From Alphaproteobacteria bacterium (lineage in GTDB: Bacteria > Pseudomonadota > Alphaproteobacteria > UBA2966): a stretch of 64,000 bases of DNA. The notes beneath the pieces are model-generated. The model had not been told where the DNA came from, did not search any database, and was given only the letters and a program-made list of their open reading frames with translations. Both the position numbers and the translations under genes were made by a program. Every line of letters begins with the position of its first letter. Position 1 is the first letter of the stretch. Location of the stretch: NCBI GenBank assembly GCA_964291395.2, contig OZ219858.1, positions 608,001 through 672,000 on the forward strand, given 5' to 3'. This document shows positions 62,135 through 64,000 of the stretch, piece after piece.

Positions 62135-62707
62135 TCAGACGGCGGTTTCATCCGCGTTCATCGCCGCCGTCGTGACGAAACGCATCAGCGCCCGGAAAGG
62201 TATCAGCAGCGCAAGCGCCATCCCCACTTTCACGCCGAAATCACCTAGCCCCCACGTGATCCACGGCTGGCCCGTGCCGGCGAAGGCCAGCGAGAAAAAC
62301 AGCGCCGTGTCCAGGGCCGACGCGGAAAGCGACGAGACCAGCGGCGCCCGCCACCACGCCCCGGAACGGCGCAGTCGATCGAAGATCAGGACATCGAGCA
62401 ACTGGGCAGCCAGAAATGCGCTCCCCGAGGCGCAGGCGATGCGTGGCCCGGCCGCCCAGACGGAGAGCACCACGGCGAGTCCGAAGCCGGCGTAGACCAC
62501 GCGGCGCGTGGCCGCGGCACCGAAGTGTCGGTTCGTCAGGTCGGTCACGAGAAACGCGATGGGGTAGGTCAGCGCACCCCAGGTCAGCCAATCGTTGATC
62601 GGGAATTGCACGGCTATATTCGACACGACGACCACGATCGCCATGGCCGCGATCGGTGGCCAAAGCACAAGCAGCGGATGAGTCGTTGGACCTTGCCGGT
62701 CGCTCAT
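62135..62707 (-). CDS. VUT family (YhhQ-like) putative queuosine precursor transporter
   Basis: SNIAVQ, TWGALTYPIAFLVTDL, AQLLDV and DTALFFSLAF. Confidence 0.88.
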   Translation of the reverse strand: MSDRQGPTTHPLLVLWPPIAAMAIVVVVSNIAVQFPINDWLTWGALTYPIAFLVTDLTNRHFGAAATRRVVYAGFGLAVVLSVWAAGPRIACASGSAFLAAQLLDVLIFDRLRRSGAWWRAPLVSSLSASALDTALFFSLAFAGTGQPWITWGLGDFGVKVGMALALLIPFRALMRFVTTAAMNADETAV

Positions 62708-62788
62708 TCCCGCCTCCGATCCGAGATGAAAGGGTTCTTGTTCGTGCCGGCAGCACGGTCCTCGCGCCGGCGACGACCGTGTCGGCAA

Positions 62789-63076
62789 CTAGGAAACGGC
62801 TTGAGCCTTCAGAATTTCGCGCCGCACGCGGCGGGCATTGGCGGAGAGGCTAGCCTCCTTGGCATCGGCCAGGAACTTGTCCAGACCACCCGCATGCTCC
62901 ACCGTTCGGATAGCGCTGGCGCTTACCTTGAGACGGATCGGCCGGTTCAGTACTTCGCTGAAGATCGACACCCGCTGGATGTTCGGCAAGTACCGCCGAC
63001 GCGTCTTGTTGTGCGCGTGGCTCACGTTGTTGCCGGACATCACCGATTTTCCGGTAAGTTCACACCGTCGTGCCAT
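62789..63076 (-). CDS. rpmB: 50S ribosomal protein L28
   Basis: MARRCELTGKSVMSGNNVSHAHNKTRRRYLPN. Confidence 0.98.
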   Translation of the reverse strand: MARRCELTGKSVMSGNNVSHAHNKTRRRYLPNIQRVSIFSEVLNRPIRLKVSASAIRTVEHAGGLDKFLADAKEASLSANARRVRREILKAQAVS

Positions 63077-63150
63077 TTCGGTCACCTGTTTCGCCGTCTG
63101 ATGGGATGTCTGAAACCGCTGCACGGGTGCAGGTCCGGTAAGGCGTGCGC

Positions 63151-63179
63151 TTCATAAGGCATCGCCCGTGGACCGTCAA
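63151..63179 (-). promoter_or_regulatory. Candidate sigma70 promoter for rpmB
   Basis: Minus strand TTGACG-N17-TATGAA about 75 bp upstream of the start. Confidence 0.5.
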
Positions 63180-63308
63180 GCGACGCCACGCCCCGGGATC
63201 ATACACGCGACGGTAGATGCGCGGCGGAATTCGGATGCTTACTCGACAAGTTCCGTCATGCGGTCGAGGCCGACAACGGCCAGGCAGATATGCCGATTTC
63301 CCCGGTTG

Positions 63309-64000
63309 CTACCGGCCGCCGTCTCCACCACTCCGAAAGGCGCCCAGCAGGCGTTGCGCGGCCGCGCCGGGCGTCGTGCGCCCGGCGCCCACGTCCTGCT
63401 CCAGTTGCGGTATCAGCTCCGCGGCGGCGGGTTCGTCGCGGAGGGCCGCGATCAGGTTCTCTCCGACCTCGTTCCACATCCAATGACGGGCCTGCGCTTG
63501 GCGGCGGCGGTCCAACCCGCCACCCACCCGCAGTGCCCGCTGGTGGGATTCAACGGCTCGCCAGACGTCTCCGATGCCCGTTTTTTCCAGGGCGGAGCAC
63601 ATATGGACTTCTGGCGTCCAGGAACTCGTCGCTGGCCGCAGGAGATGCAGGGCACCGGTGTACTCGGCCGCGACGACCTTGGCTTGGCCCGCAAGCTCGC
63701 CATCCGCCTTGTTCACGACCACCAGGTCGGCGATTTCCACGATCCCCCGTTTGATACCCTGCAGTTCGTCACCGCCGCCAGGCGCGATGAGAAGCAGGAA
63801 AGTATCGACCATGTCGGCCACCGCCGTCTCAGATTGGCCAACCCCGATTGTCTCCACGATGACGACGTCAAAGCCCGCGGCCTCGCAAACGATCATGGCT
63901 TCCCGCGTGCGCCGCGCCACGCCTCCGAGGCTCCCCCCCGATGGCGACGGTCGAATGAAGGCGGCAGGGTCCCGCGAGAGGGAGTCCATTCGCGTCTTGT
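63309..64000 (-). CDS. meaB: Methylmalonyl-CoA mutase-associated GTPase MeaB (partial; N-terminus beyond the window)
   Basis: DKTRM, FIRPSPSGGSLGGV, ETIGVGQSE, GDELQGIKRG and NKAD. Confidence 0.95.
   Translation of the reverse strand, partial: KTRMDSLSRDPAAFIRPSPSGGSLGGVARRTREAMIVCEAAGFDVVIVETIGVGQSETAVADMVDTFLLLIAPGGGDELQGIKRGIVEIADLVVVNKADGELAGQAKVVAAEYTGALHLLRPATSSWTPEVHMCSALEKTGIGDVWRAVESHQRALRVGGGLDRRRQAQARHWMWNEVGENLIAALRDEPAAAELIPQLEQDVGAGRTTPGAAAQRLLGAFRSGGDGGR

Noticed and set aside
62708-62788. preQ1 riboswitch upstream of the VUT/YhhQ transporter
   Set aside because: No recognisable preQ1 stem-loop or A-rich tail; the gene appears simply to follow rpmB.

Overview
A GC-rich chromosomal window from an alphaproteobacterium, Rhodospirillales-like by gene order (inference). 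From about 22.6 kb to 64 kb it is mostly conserved housekeeping genes: M23 peptidase, clpB, prmC, prfA, hisS, ispG, rodZ, lysC, ubiG, grxC, comF, mutT, argJ, secA, accA, xerD, aroK, aroB, corC-like, bolA, cobS, cobT, yhhQ-like, rpmB and meaB. The first ~17 kb is the most interesting part and I cannot assign it to a characterised pathway. It holds an ABC exporter divergent from a tightly coupled operon (four glycosyltransferases, a histidine phosphatase, a deacetylase-like protein, a membrane protein and a complete Opp/Dpp-type importer). That operon converges on a membrane adenylate cyclase, a methyltransferase, an MBL-fold hydrolase and a response regulator. Other features: a doubly deleted IS5-family element that keeps its inverted repeats, an AmmeMemoRadiSam locus with a Memo-AMMECR1 fusion, a GNAT gene fragment, and a decaying islet (tandem AEC permeases, an atypical PdxA-fold enzyme, two probable gene remnants). 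I saw no rRNA, tRNA or CRISPR array. All calls come from motif recognition and recalled gene order; no database searches were run. Several start codons were moved downstream of the ORF-track starts and are best estimates.
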